Part shown: piece by piece, positions 1 to 8,765 of the stretch
Position numbering within the stretch: position 1 is the stretch's first letter
Layout of the letters: each line of letters starts with the position of its first letter
IMG/VR virus record: IMGVR_UViG_3300025362_000477
Origin: a virus
Lineage: Duplodnaviria > Caudoviricetes
DNA: 64,000 bases
Direction: 5' to 3' (one strand)
Notes under the pieces: generated by a model
Database searches by the model: none
The model's input: the letters and a program-made list of their open reading frames with translations, nothing else
Told to the model about the DNA's origin: nothing
Position numbers and translations under genes: made by a program

Positions 1-814
1 TTAATAACTTAATTGGAGATTTTGGGGAAAGTCCTAAAGCTATCCAATTAGCGCCATTCATCTGACAATCAGATTCAATCTTAATTTTCAATTTATTAGA
101 ATCTAATATCTCCCCAACACCAAGAACACAATCACTAGCAGCCCATAAATCATTATTAAATGCGCGTAACCCATCCACTATCAACCCACTCGCGAACATA
201 GAAGCGTTACCATGCATCCTAACCATTTCGTATGGAGTATATACCGCAGTGAAGGGTGCCTGTGGGTAATCCTTATCACCCGATACTGGAAGAAATGATA
301 TACCAGCAAACCACATTCTATTCCGATATACGAACTTTTCTACATCATCCCATTCATCGGGTCGAACATGGATAGTATTAGAAACATTATGTTTCAACCA
401 AGGACGATTTAATGAAGTATATCGGGTTCCGGCTTCTACCCAATTTTGTTGGGTAAGCCTAACATTTTCGAGTAATTCTAATGCACCTACAGTATTTTTT
501 GTTTTTGCCCCATCAGGAACTTCACATAAGAAAGTAATAATTTTATCAGTATCAGACCATACTGATTGTTCAACTGCAGACGGATTAAATGTTTCAAAAT
601 ATTGCAGTGGAGTTTCTATCTTATTCGATTGAACTCTTCTAAAATATCTCTTAGCATGATGAGGATGAATTCCAGACGCTGTTCCTAAAATACAACTTGT
701 TGTATTATGAGTCACTGTTCGATTAGATAATTGATATGTATGTGAACCGCCGACCTCAATGTCTACAGTCATTTGTTTCTTCTTATTCAATAATGGTTTT
801 AATATAATTTTCAT
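1..814 (-). CDS. nrdJ: Class II ribonucleotide reductase C-terminal half preceded by a 37-aa split-intein C-fragment (runs off the window edge)
   Basis: Hand-translated; absent from the ORF track. ATG at 814 after GGGGG SD: MKIILKPLLNKKKQMTVDIEVGGSHTYQLSNRTVTHN|TTSCILGTASGIHPHHAKRYFRRVQ...HNVSNTIHV...GISFLP. No stop seen in the segments translated, including the window edge. Confidence 0.93.
   Translation of the reverse strand, partial: MKIILKPLLNKKKQMTVDIEVGGSHTYQLSNRTVTHNTTSCILGTASGIHPHHAKRYFRRVQSNKIETPLQYFETFNPSAVEQSVWSDTDKIITFLCEVPDGAKTKNTVGALELLENVRLTQQNWVEAGTRYTSLNRPWLKHNVSNTIHVRPDEWDDVEKFVYRNRMWFAGISFLPVSGDKDYPQAPFTAVYTPYEMVRMHGNASMFASGLIVDGLRAFNNDLWAASDCVLGVGEILDSNKLKIKIESDCQMNGANWIALGLSPKSPIKLL
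704..814 (-). other. Split intein C-fragment (IntC, 37 aa) of NrdJ
   Basis: Block F-like TVDIEV..SHTY, terminal His-Asn, +1 residue Thr. Confidence 0.92.
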
Positions 815-1853
815 AAAATCCCCCGTCATTTAAGTTATAAAATTCTTGTTCCCATATAATTAACACATTATATCCCAATTCTTTCAATGTATCAATTCTT
901 TTCTGATCAGATTTCCATATATCAGAAGCTGTCATTTTCATAGTGGGATGATAAGAATCAGAATTCCATTGAAGTGGATTACAATGCCAATAATCTCCAA
1001 AAAATTCAATTATTGTATTGTAATCATCTAAAAAAATATCAACAAAATAAGACAATATTCGTTTAGAATCAGTATATCTTATATGATATTCATCCAATAT
1101 TTTTAAAATTTCTTTCTCTGGTTTTGATTGGCTCCCTGATTTCCATATTTGAGATTTAACCATCTTTTCATATCTTTTAGTTCCCTCTTTTTCACCATAT
1201 TTATCAATAAAAAATACTAAATCATGAGTTGAATTTTTCTTCAATATCTCCGCAGCTTCTATTTCCGTATACCCCCGTTTGATCCAATACTGTTTATTGA
1301 AATAACTATTAGTTCTTAGTTTTGAAATATATTTTAGATATCTTTCACACCCTTTAACATCCCCGTATCGATCAACAAATGAATTTAATGTCTGGGTAGA
1401 TCTAAAAGAATGTTTTTTCTTAATATCTTTAATCTCTACATCATCGTATCCATTCAATCTCAATGATGCTTCACTAACTGATAATTTTTTATTTTTTTCT
1501 TTATATCTCAATAATCCATCATCTTTACCATATTTATCAACATACCATTGAAGAGTACCCCGCTTTTTATAATTTAACAATACTTTATTCCATTTTTTCA
1601 ATCCTATTTCATCGCCAAACTTTCGAATATAATAATCTTTATCAAAACCTTTCAATGGTAATATATCATCTAAAGTATAAGTAGGCGGTAAAAATTGAAG
1701 ATAAAACTCAAAACAAGATGATTTTGGATTTCTATCTGGAAAATTTTTTTGTTTGAATTCTCGCATAGATATCTGCAAATCACATAATTTTTTAAATTTA
1801 TCTAATTCCAATTCAAACTCAGTAATTTTGTTTTTTGCTAGGATTACCTTCAT
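783..1853 (-). CDS. Free-standing homing endonuclease-like protein (KYG repeats plus Vsr/PD-(D/E)XK-like C-terminus) between the nrdJ halves
   Basis: Repeated YxxKYGxxxG units; C-terminal SKPE...VDIF...IEFFGDYWH...GYNVLIIWE. Confidence 0.8.
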   Translation of the reverse strand: MKVILAKNKITEFELELDKFKKLCDLQISMREFKQKNFPDRNPKSSCFEFYLQFLPPTYTLDDILPLKGFDKDYYIRKFGDEIGLKKWNKVLLNYKKRGTLQWYVDKYGKDDGLLRYKEKNKKLSVSEASLRLNGYDDVEIKDIKKKHSFRSTQTLNSFVDRYGDVKGCERYLKYISKLRTNSYFNKQYWIKRGYTEIEAAEILKKNSTHDLVFFIDKYGEKEGTKRYEKMVKSQIWKSGSQSKPEKEILKILDEYHIRYTDSKRILSYFVDIFLDDYNTIIEFFGDYWHCNPLQWNSDSYHPTMKMTASDIWKSDQKRIDTLKELGYNVLIIWEQEFYNLNDGGFYENYIKTIIE

Positions 1854-1913
1854 AAATTAAACCTCTGTTAAATTAATATAATTATATACTTTTAATTTAA
1901 TTCATATCATAAA

Positions 1914-3644
1914 TCAAAAAGATACTATATCATCACCGACATCCAATTCATCAGCACGCTTCCATAATCCATTAGTTAATTTAAACTTATGATTAGGAGT
2001 ACATGTATATATTGATCCATCTTCAAATGGAATATTGTACACATCAGATTCACCATTAACATATAATTTTGTAACCTTTTCCAATTCATCATTCTCATTA
2101 TAAATATATAATGGATATTTCAAATCTAACCATATATCTGATTGATTTTCATAATCCTTTAAATCATAACCCTGTTCATTAAATATGAGTTCTAAACTCT
2201 TATCACCATCAATAGTTCTAACTTCACTATCTATAGAAAGACATCCCGCTGGTTTAACGCAAGTTGCTCTAGCACATTTATTAATCCCAAGAATAGCAGA
2301 TATCCGCTCATTCTCAGATAATATTAATTTAGCTCCTTGTCTTTGTAATTTAGGATCAAATGCAATTTCAGGAACATCGGACATACCAGTCATTGATACA
2401 CCAAGTAAAGCTTCTTTCTCTGCAATAAGATGACTCACCTCACCAAGATAATCAAATTGAGTATATTTAGCTTGAATAGTGCCAAGAATAGCTCCTGCCT
2501 TACACGCTTCTAAAAATCGTTCTGGACTAGTAGCTTTTTTAAGATTAATTTCACATAAGTTACAAAATTGCCATCCAGATAGAATATCATTATTACCCTG
2601 AATTCTAATTTCATCAGCAAATTTCACTCTAAGTTCATCTGTCAAATCAAGTTTAGCAAACATACCAATTTCAACACATGGATTATATAAAGCATCAACA
2701 TTATCAGCCCACACAAATCCAGGTTCACCAAATTCTTTAACTCTATGCATCAATTTTGAAAATGTTTCTCTATCAGTACCATTTCTAATTAGAACAGCTG
2801 AATTATTAGATCTAGCTCTATGTTTAAATTCTTTTCTCCATGATCCAGTCTTTGAATCTGCCATTTCATCATCTTCTGGTGAGAATAAACAAATGGTTGC
2901 ACTACGTCTAATACCTCCTGATAATACTGCTTCTGAAGAATGCATTATAATATCATAAGCATTAATTGGCTTCAGTTTATCTTGATGTTTAGAACATATA
3001 TCCATTAAATGAGCAATAGCATCTAAAGATTCATGCAATTTATCTGGACCCGGAGCCTTAGCCCCTGACGATAACGGTGAACCTTTTGGTCTAATTTCAC
3101 TATAATCAAAATTAACTTTTTTACCAAAATATTCTGGAAATGGAGAATTTGCATCAACAAAATAAGATGAAAGTAAAACCCCAAGAGCATCAGCCCATCC
3201 TTCGATAGTGTCAGGAATAGTATATGTTATTTCATCTTCTTGATTGATTGACCTAATACCCGGAAGTTTATTTACATGACAGTATTGTACTGAAAATCCT
3301 ACTCCACAACCACATAAAAGTAACCACATTGATTCTTGAAAGAATCTAGGACGATCACAATATGAAACAGTACAATTATATAACCTAGCATTCTTTTTCA
3401 AAATAGGATCACCACCAAATTGAAGTGCTCGTTGAGAACCAAGTACTCTTTTTTGCATAACCATTTTTTTAGCAAATGCAAAATCATCTTTAATATTATG
3501 AATCATATCAGAACCAAGATACTCTTCATGCATATTAAATACTCTATCTACTTGTTCTTGCCAAGTTTCACGTCGATGTAATTCTGGACAATATCTCGCA
3601 TATCGAGCAAATCGAGTATATTCCTGTAAAGCTGTAATAGACAT
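1914..3644 (-). CDS. nrdJ: Class II ribonucleotide reductase N-terminal half fused to a split-intein N-fragment
   Basis: YNCT, GCGVGFS, SGGIRRSA, NPCVEI, FCNLCEIN motifs; ...VKPAG| then CLSIDSEV...CTPNHKF...ADELDVGD. Confidence 0.95.
   Translation of the reverse strand: MSITALQEYTRFARYARYCPELHRRETWQEQVDRVFNMHEEYLGSDMIHNIKDDFAFAKKMVMQKRVLGSQRALQFGGDPILKKNARLYNCTVSYCDRPRFFQESMWLLLCGCGVGFSVQYCHVNKLPGIRSINQEDEITYTIPDTIEGWADALGVLLSSYFVDANSPFPEYFGKKVNFDYSEIRPKGSPLSSGAKAPGPDKLHESLDAIAHLMDICSKHQDKLKPINAYDIIMHSSEAVLSGGIRRSATICLFSPEDDEMADSKTGSWRKEFKHRARSNNSAVLIRNGTDRETFSKLMHRVKEFGEPGFVWADNVDALYNPCVEIGMFAKLDLTDELRVKFADEIRIQGNNDILSGWQFCNLCEINLKKATSPERFLEACKAGAILGTIQAKYTQFDYLGEVSHLIAEKEALLGVSMTGMSDVPEIAFDPKLQRQGAKLILSENERISAILGINKCARATCVKPAGCLSIDSEVRTIDGDKSLELIFNEQGYDLKDYENQSDIWLDLKYPLYIYNENDELEKVTKLYVNGESDVYNIPFEDGSIYTCTPNHKFKLTNGLWKRADELDVGDDIVSF
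1917..2243 (-). other. Split intein N-fragment (IntN, 109 aa) of NrdJ
   Basis: Starts CLSIDSEV (block A), has TPNH (block B TxxH), ends ADELDVGD then stop. Confidence 0.92.
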
Positions 3645-3665
3645 ATATATTTTCCCTTCATTAAA

Positions 3666-4049
3666 TCATGGTTGTTTCTGGAATTTAGCTAATTTTTGAG
3701 CTGCTGCTGATAAATTCGTTTCTTTTTTTCTTTTTTCGATAGTAGATACATTCATAGTCATACCATCTATATTGACAGTAGGTATGAATGGTCTCGATGA
3801 TAGTTCAGCCACCTCTTTTTTCTCACCATTTTCCCGATAAGTCGGATGGTGATCTTTTAATTCTTTAAGGGCGTTAGTCATATTACTCATCGCAGATCTC
3901 ATTTCAAAGGTCAAAGAATCAATTTTTTCATTTAAATCCTTCTGTTCCTTTCTGAGAGAAATATTTTTTTCAAGTAATGAAGACTGTTCTCTCATATTCA
4001 TTAAGAACCTCTTTGAATTTCTTTGTATCCACAGTAAGCTATTCCACAT
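3666..4049 (-). CDS. Hypothetical coiled-coil protein (true start probably slightly downstream)
   Basis: ORF track; heptad-like composition. Confidence 0.6.
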   Translation of the reverse strand: MWNSLLWIQRNSKRFLMNMREQSSLLEKNISLRKEQKDLNEKIDSLTFEMRSAMSNMTNALKELKDHHPTYRENGEKKEVAELSSRPFIPTVNIDGMTMNVSTIEKRKKETNLSAAAQKLAKFQKQP

Positions 4050-4756
4050 GCGTCACTTATATCCTCTGTAAAACCTGTTTGAGCTGCAATATCGTTTTTA
4101 ACATTATTCATTTTTTTATCAAATGCCTTTTGTGATAACTTCATATTTTCTTTTTCTAATTTAATAGATATATCTAATTCTTTAATTCGCTCTCTTGTAG
4201 CTAAACCATTGAAAACATCTAATTTATTTCTCTTTCTATTTAATGCAGCTTTACACTTATTGATTTCAACTCTACTAGATTTTATATATTGTTTCAAATC
4301 ATCGATTCGTTGCAAATCTATATTAACTTGAACTTTGATATTATCAAAATTACCAGTTATGGGAATATTATAATGTTTAATTACAGCCAATTGAGTTTGC
4401 CATTTTTTTGCATTACCCATTAAACCTTCAAATGAATGACATTTCCAATAACATGGTTCATATAATTTAACTCTCTCCTGTAATATGGTAAATGTAGTAT
4501 TTATTGCAACTCCATTCAATCTAGCCAGAAATGCTAAAGTCTTAGCACCTGAAATTCCTAATATAACATCCTCTATAAAACAATAATCGGGATGCAACCG
4601 AGTCACTAAATTTTTTAACTCCAAATGAAAATAATGTAACTTCTGTGGTAAAGACATACCTGATATTAATCGAATAGTACCGCGATCAATCAACACATCA
4701 TCTTCTAAATATACCCACCCAGTAGCCGTAGCAATATCCAATCCTAAATATTTCAT
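4001..4756 (-). CDS. RuvC-like Holliday junction resolvase with a long helical insertion
   Basis: YLGLDIATATGW, CFIEDV and DISDACGIA acidic motifs. Confidence 0.8.
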   Translation of the reverse strand: MKYLGLDIATATGWVYLEDDVLIDRGTIRLISGMSLPQKLHYFHLELKNLVTRLHPDYCFIEDVILGISGAKTLAFLARLNGVAINTTFTILQERVKLYEPCYWKCHSFEGLMGNAKKWQTQLAVIKHYNIPITGNFDNIKVQVNIDLQRIDDLKQYIKSSRVEINKCKAALNRKRNKLDVFNGLATRERIKELDISIKLEKENMKLSQKAFDKKMNNVKNDIAAQTGFTEDISDACGIAYCGYKEIQRGS

Positions 4757-4769
4757 AAACTATTTCCTA

Positions 4770-5234
4770 TTAATGAACGTCCAATACTTTTAAACAAAAA
4801 GATGGAATTACACCATCAGAACATTCAATAGCAGTCCGAGGTAAAGAATTTAAATCATCCTCATTAGCAATCATAGATGATAATTTTTTAGAGTATTTAA
4901 CTAATATCTTTTCAATATCAAACTCATCTAATGTACCCTTTTCCCATTCAAAATTAACCGGTTTAATAATAACCTTCTGATCTTTAATCTTTGATAATTT
5001 AGATGCAGATATTTTAACAGGAGTATGACTTTCCAAATATCCAGAATATTTATTTGGAGGTATCCTAGTAAAAAATGCAGTTATAGATCCTTCTTCTCCA
5101 CATGAAAGACCATTTTCCTTAATATCTTCTATTTCATCATTTGATATATAAGCATAAAGATATGGTTTTATTATAAGCATATCAATATTTGGATCACCTA
5201 GTACAATTTCTGAAATTATTTTATATCCGTTCAT
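4770..5234 (-). CDS. Hypothetical protein
   Basis: ORF track; SD supplied by the end of the upstream gene. Confidence 0.6.
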   Translation of the reverse strand: MNGYKIISEIVLGDPNIDMLIIKPYLYAYISNDEIEDIKENGLSCGEEGSITAFFTRIPPNKYSGYLESHTPVKISASKLSKIKDQKVIIKPVNFEWEKGTLDEFDIEKILVKYSKKLSSMIANEDDLNSLPRTAIECSDGVIPSFCLKVLDVH

Positions 5235-6150
5235 TATTAATTACCTCTTTAAATTTTTGTATAATAGGTTCTGAATCAGATAACCATTCAGATTCTTTGA
5301 TTCTAAAAACTATATAACCTAAATCATTATAAATTTCATTCTTTTTTTTATCATGTAATATGGCCCATGGTTTTCTATGATATGATTCATCAATTTCAAT
5401 TATTAAATCTAAATGTTCAACTAAACCATCAGGATAAAATCCACCTATAATCTGATTTCTCAAAATATTATTTTGCACAATAAACTGTAACTGCTCTATT
5501 ATGATGTCTTCATTCAATCCTTTACCAGGAAATCCAAATATGTTAAATCTTGCGAAATTTTTACGAGCAATATCTTTACATTTATCTGTTTTAGAATAAT
5601 TATCAACACCATATTTTTTAAGACATGATTTTTCAATTTTCAATCTAATAATATCTGAACCAAATCCAACTCCACCATATTTTTTTACACATGATAATTT
5701 TTGTTTTAATTTAACCTCTTCTGATTGATTCGGACTGGATGTACCATAATTTTCAAGTGATGTTTTTTTACTTTTATTCTGAATTATTTTAGATTGTAAC
5801 GGACACTCTACACCCCAATTCTTTATAGATGTCTTAATTTTTTTATGTTTTACAATAATTGATTGAGATGGGTTGTCTACTCCATATCGTTTATTACATG
5901 TTATTCTATTTTTTAACAAACATTCTTTGGATCTACATTGACATTTTCTACTACAGTAATCATAATACCCATACCGATAACCTTTAAAATTAGTCAAAGA
6001 TCCGCACGTCAAACATATTCCATCGTTTTTTGTTTTTATAAATTTATCATAATAATCTTTCATTCTAAATTTATGACATTGAAATAAATGTGCCGCAAAT
6101 CCCCTAAGATCATTTATTTCATATTCATCACATATTTTACATTTATCCAT
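5221..6150 (-). CDS. Zn-finger/KYG-repeat DUF559-like homing endonuclease (start revised to MDKCKIC)
   Basis: CxxC...HxxxH, CxxCG, CSxxC, KKYG repeats, FYPDG...IIEIDESYH. Confidence 0.75.
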   Translation of the reverse strand: MDKCKICDEYEINDLRGFAAHLFQCHKFRMKDYYDKFIKTKNDGICLTCGSLTNFKGYRYGYYDYCSRKCQCRSKECLLKNRITCNKRYGVDNPSQSIIVKHKKIKTSIKNWGVECPLQSKIIQNKSKKTSLENYGTSSPNQSEEVKLKQKLSCVKKYGGVGFGSDIIRLKIEKSCLKKYGVDNYSKTDKCKDIARKNFARFNIFGFPGKGLNEDIIIEQLQFIVQNNILRNQIIGGFYPDGLVEHLDLIIEIDESYHRKPWAILHDKKKNEIYNDLGYIVFRIKESEWLSDSEPIIQKFKEVINNERI

Positions 6151-6853
6151 GATCAAACACCACATTAGGAATAGCTGATCTTTCAAATTTCTCGATAGTT
6201 CTATCATAAATCTCTTTCCCATCTTGATATAGCATATCACCATTTAAAGGTATTTCCCCAAATGGAGTTTGAGTAGTACTATACTTTGATCTGAGTCTCC
6301 CGAGCATCATAAAGAACATGCCTAAGCACAGGTCAATAAAATTATCTTCCATTTCTGGATTTATAGATGATAATTCCGGATCATGAGATCTCTCATATTC
6401 TACAGTAGCTTTACCATGGAACTTTGGAGTTATGCGCAGACAATTCGGTGGAATAAACTCATGGCAGTATTTATAATTAGAAAACGGGGCTAATAAATTT
6501 GAATTAAATACACTTAAGTGCCATTCTGGTACTTCACTCGCTGACCAAGGACCCAAAAATGGATGACCATTCATAATAGTTGGAGATAAAGTTGGAATTA
6601 CATCTATTACCGTTTTTATTTCCCTCTCATCTGGATCTATTAAGTAAAACTCAGAAGAACGACCAGGAACTTTAAATGTATTATCGGCACAATCAAGAGT
6701 CAATCTCCATTTTTGAGGATAATAAAATGTAAATTTTCTTAAAGCATTTCTCTTTAAATAATCTATAATCTGTTCATCACTCTTTTCTAGCATCTGAAAC
6801 GGTAAAGATAATTCTTCTCTTACACGTTCTACGATAAAACCCCATGATAACAT
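6143..6853 (-). CDS. Putative neck/head-completion protein (T4 gp13-like)
   Basis: C-terminal FGEIPLNGDMLYQDGKEI resembles the gp13-family motif; promoter-like motif upstream. Confidence 0.55.
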   Translation of the reverse strand: MLSWGFIVERVREELSLPFQMLEKSDEQIIDYLKRNALRKFTFYYPQKWRLTLDCADNTFKVPGRSSEFYLIDPDEREIKTVIDVIPTLSPTIMNGHPFLGPWSASEVPEWHLSVFNSNLLAPFSNYKYCHEFIPPNCLRITPKFHGKATVEYERSHDPELSSINPEMEDNFIDLCLGMFFMMLGRLRSKYSTTQTPFGEIPLNGDMLYQDGKEIYDRTIEKFERSAIPNVVFDHG

Positions 6854-6906
6854 AATTAAATCCTTTTTACATTTGTTCTAATCTGATAAAAATATCGATG
6901 ATATTA

Positions 6907-7494
6907 TTATATATCTTTTTGAAGATATGTTTTTGCAAGATCAGCAAATACATTAGGAGCATGATCATTTAGAATATCCAAACACTTAGTCATAGCATAT
7001 CTGATTTCCCATTGTGCATGTTTATCACATCTCACTGCAAATATAGATCTCCATTCTCTAAAATTACAAGTAGTAACAATCTCAGAACAGCATGCATTTG
7101 GTAATACAAATCGAGCATCTTCTTTTTTAACACCCCTAATAATCCATTCATTATACATTGATTGTATGGTTTTCATATGTGAATCATATAACGCCTGATG
7201 TTTCTTTATAGCTGGAGGAGTAACATAATCAAATTGATCTTCTGATACATATCTCTGACTCTTCTGGTTAAACGAACATAGACGATGCCTAACTAGTTGA
7301 TGTGTCATTACTCTGGATACACCACTAAATTTAAAAGTAGCATATGCATGTTCTAAAGCAGAATGATGTCCATTTTTAATAAGAGCACCTATTAACTTTC
7401 CATCACCTTTATATTGACTTTGATAACATGTACGTGCAGCTAACTCAATAGCAGCTTCAGCATCAGGTGTTATTGAATTTAAATGTATATTCAT
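6907..7494 (-). CDS. thyX: Flavin-dependent thymidylate synthase
   Basis: GHHSALEH, RHRLCSFNQKSQRY, ARFVLP, NFREWR, HAQWEIR. Confidence 0.97.
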   Translation of the reverse strand: MNIHLNSITPDAEAAIELAARTCYQSQYKGDGKLIGALIKNGHHSALEHAYATFKFSGVSRVMTHQLVRHRLCSFNQKSQRYVSEDQFDYVTPPAIKKHQALYDSHMKTIQSMYNEWIIRGVKKEDARFVLPNACCSEIVTTCNFREWRSIFAVRCDKHAQWEIRYAMTKCLDILNDHAPNVFADLAKTYLQKDI

Positions 7495-7558
7495 TACCTA
7501 TTCTCCTTCCTTTTAACTAATTTTAATCAACACATAAAACCTTTATTTTCTTTTTCCA

Positions 7559-8722
7559 TCATATATCTCCAAATAAATTTAATAGAGTAGCTTCGCTTAT
7601 AATATCACTCTGACCAGCCTTAGCCAATGCGTTATGTAATACTCCAGCTTGATTACACTTGTTTGTATTATGTACAGTATCTGTAATTTTCTTCTTTTTA
7701 GCAAATACTTCTGTTGGATAATCACCATTAACATAATCAGATAACAATTTATATGATGCTAACTTTAAATTTCTGATAATGATATCTTCTGCAGCTATAA
7801 TCTTATTCAAAGCTTTATTAGATGTTGCATATGATTTAGAGAATATTGATAATCCTTTTGATATATTATCATATACTTTATCCATTGAATTACCACACAT
7901 TGTTTTAACATATCCAAAAGTTTTTTGTAATGCAACTGGTCCAACTCCAGTAACGCCTTTAAACCCATCTCCATCATCTCCAATAATTGATAATACTAAT
8001 GGGAACCATAACCCTTGATCCTCAGTTTCTAAATCCTTTTTTAACCAGTGAGTATATATATCATCTTGGGATATCATTTTTACACTTTTGTAGTGTTTAT
8101 AAAATTGATATATGTTAGAAGCATCCAAACATTGAAGCATATCTTTATCAGTACTATAAACTATATTTACAGCAGATTCAACATCTTCTTTAGGTAATGC
8201 ATGTTTCATTAAATACCAAGGAACAAAATCAGCTTCCATTCTATCCAATCTAATAAAAGAAACTCCTGGTATTTTATTAGCTACCTTTTCGGCCACTATA
8301 TAATTTTTACTTAAAATAGTAAAATAAAAATCCTTCTTCTCCATATCTAATCCGAAAAAATCACCTGATTGTCGATTTGATTTATAACCATCATAAACAT
8401 CCAAATGATATTTAGATTTACCAGTTTCCATAAACATATACATATGTAAATCAATTTGTCTCTTCTTTGCATACATTTTATGAAACCCAATAAAATCCAT
8501 TATAGCTGAAAAAAGAGATGTGTCGATTGACCGAGATCCTTGACTCTGAAACAAAATTTGTTTAACAGCCCATTCTTGAAACAATGCTTGTCCGCATCCT
8601 TTAACATCAATATATAAATTAACTCGCCGCCTACCAGATAGAGATATAACATTATCAAGATACTCGTATTTTGGATAATATGAAAACATTTGAGATGTAC
8701 TAGAATTCCATTGCTCATTCAT
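7559..8722 (-). CDS. 5'-3' exonuclease / flap endonuclease (T4 RNase H-like)
   Basis: EADF, STDKDMLQ, IGDDGDGFKGVTGVG helix-hairpin-helix. Confidence 0.85.
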   Translation of the reverse strand: MNEQWNSSTSQMFSYYPKYEYLDNVISLSGRRRVNLYIDVKGCGQALFQEWAVKQILFQSQGSRSIDTSLFSAIMDFIGFHKMYAKKRQIDLHMYMFMETGKSKYHLDVYDGYKSNRQSGDFFGLDMEKKDFYFTILSKNYIVAEKVANKIPGVSFIRLDRMEADFVPWYLMKHALPKEDVESAVNIVYSTDKDMLQCLDASNIYQFYKHYKSVKMISQDDIYTHWLKKDLETEDQGLWFPLVLSIIGDDGDGFKGVTGVGPVALQKTFGYVKTMCGNSMDKVYDNISKGLSIFSKSYATSNKALNKIIAAEDIIIRNLKLASYKLLSDYVNGDYPTEVFAKKKKITDTVHNTNKCNQAGVLHNALAKAGQSDIISEATLLNLFGDI

Positions 8723-8765
8723 ATAACAGATAACTCCTTTTTAATTTATTCTATAAACTAAAATG

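Noticed and set aside
783-1913. Group I intron as the explanation for the interrupted nrdJ (and for 27772-29104)
   Set aside because: The non-coding gaps are only about 45-60 bp and AT-rich, with no room for an intron core. Intein blocks with their own stop and start codons explain the layout.
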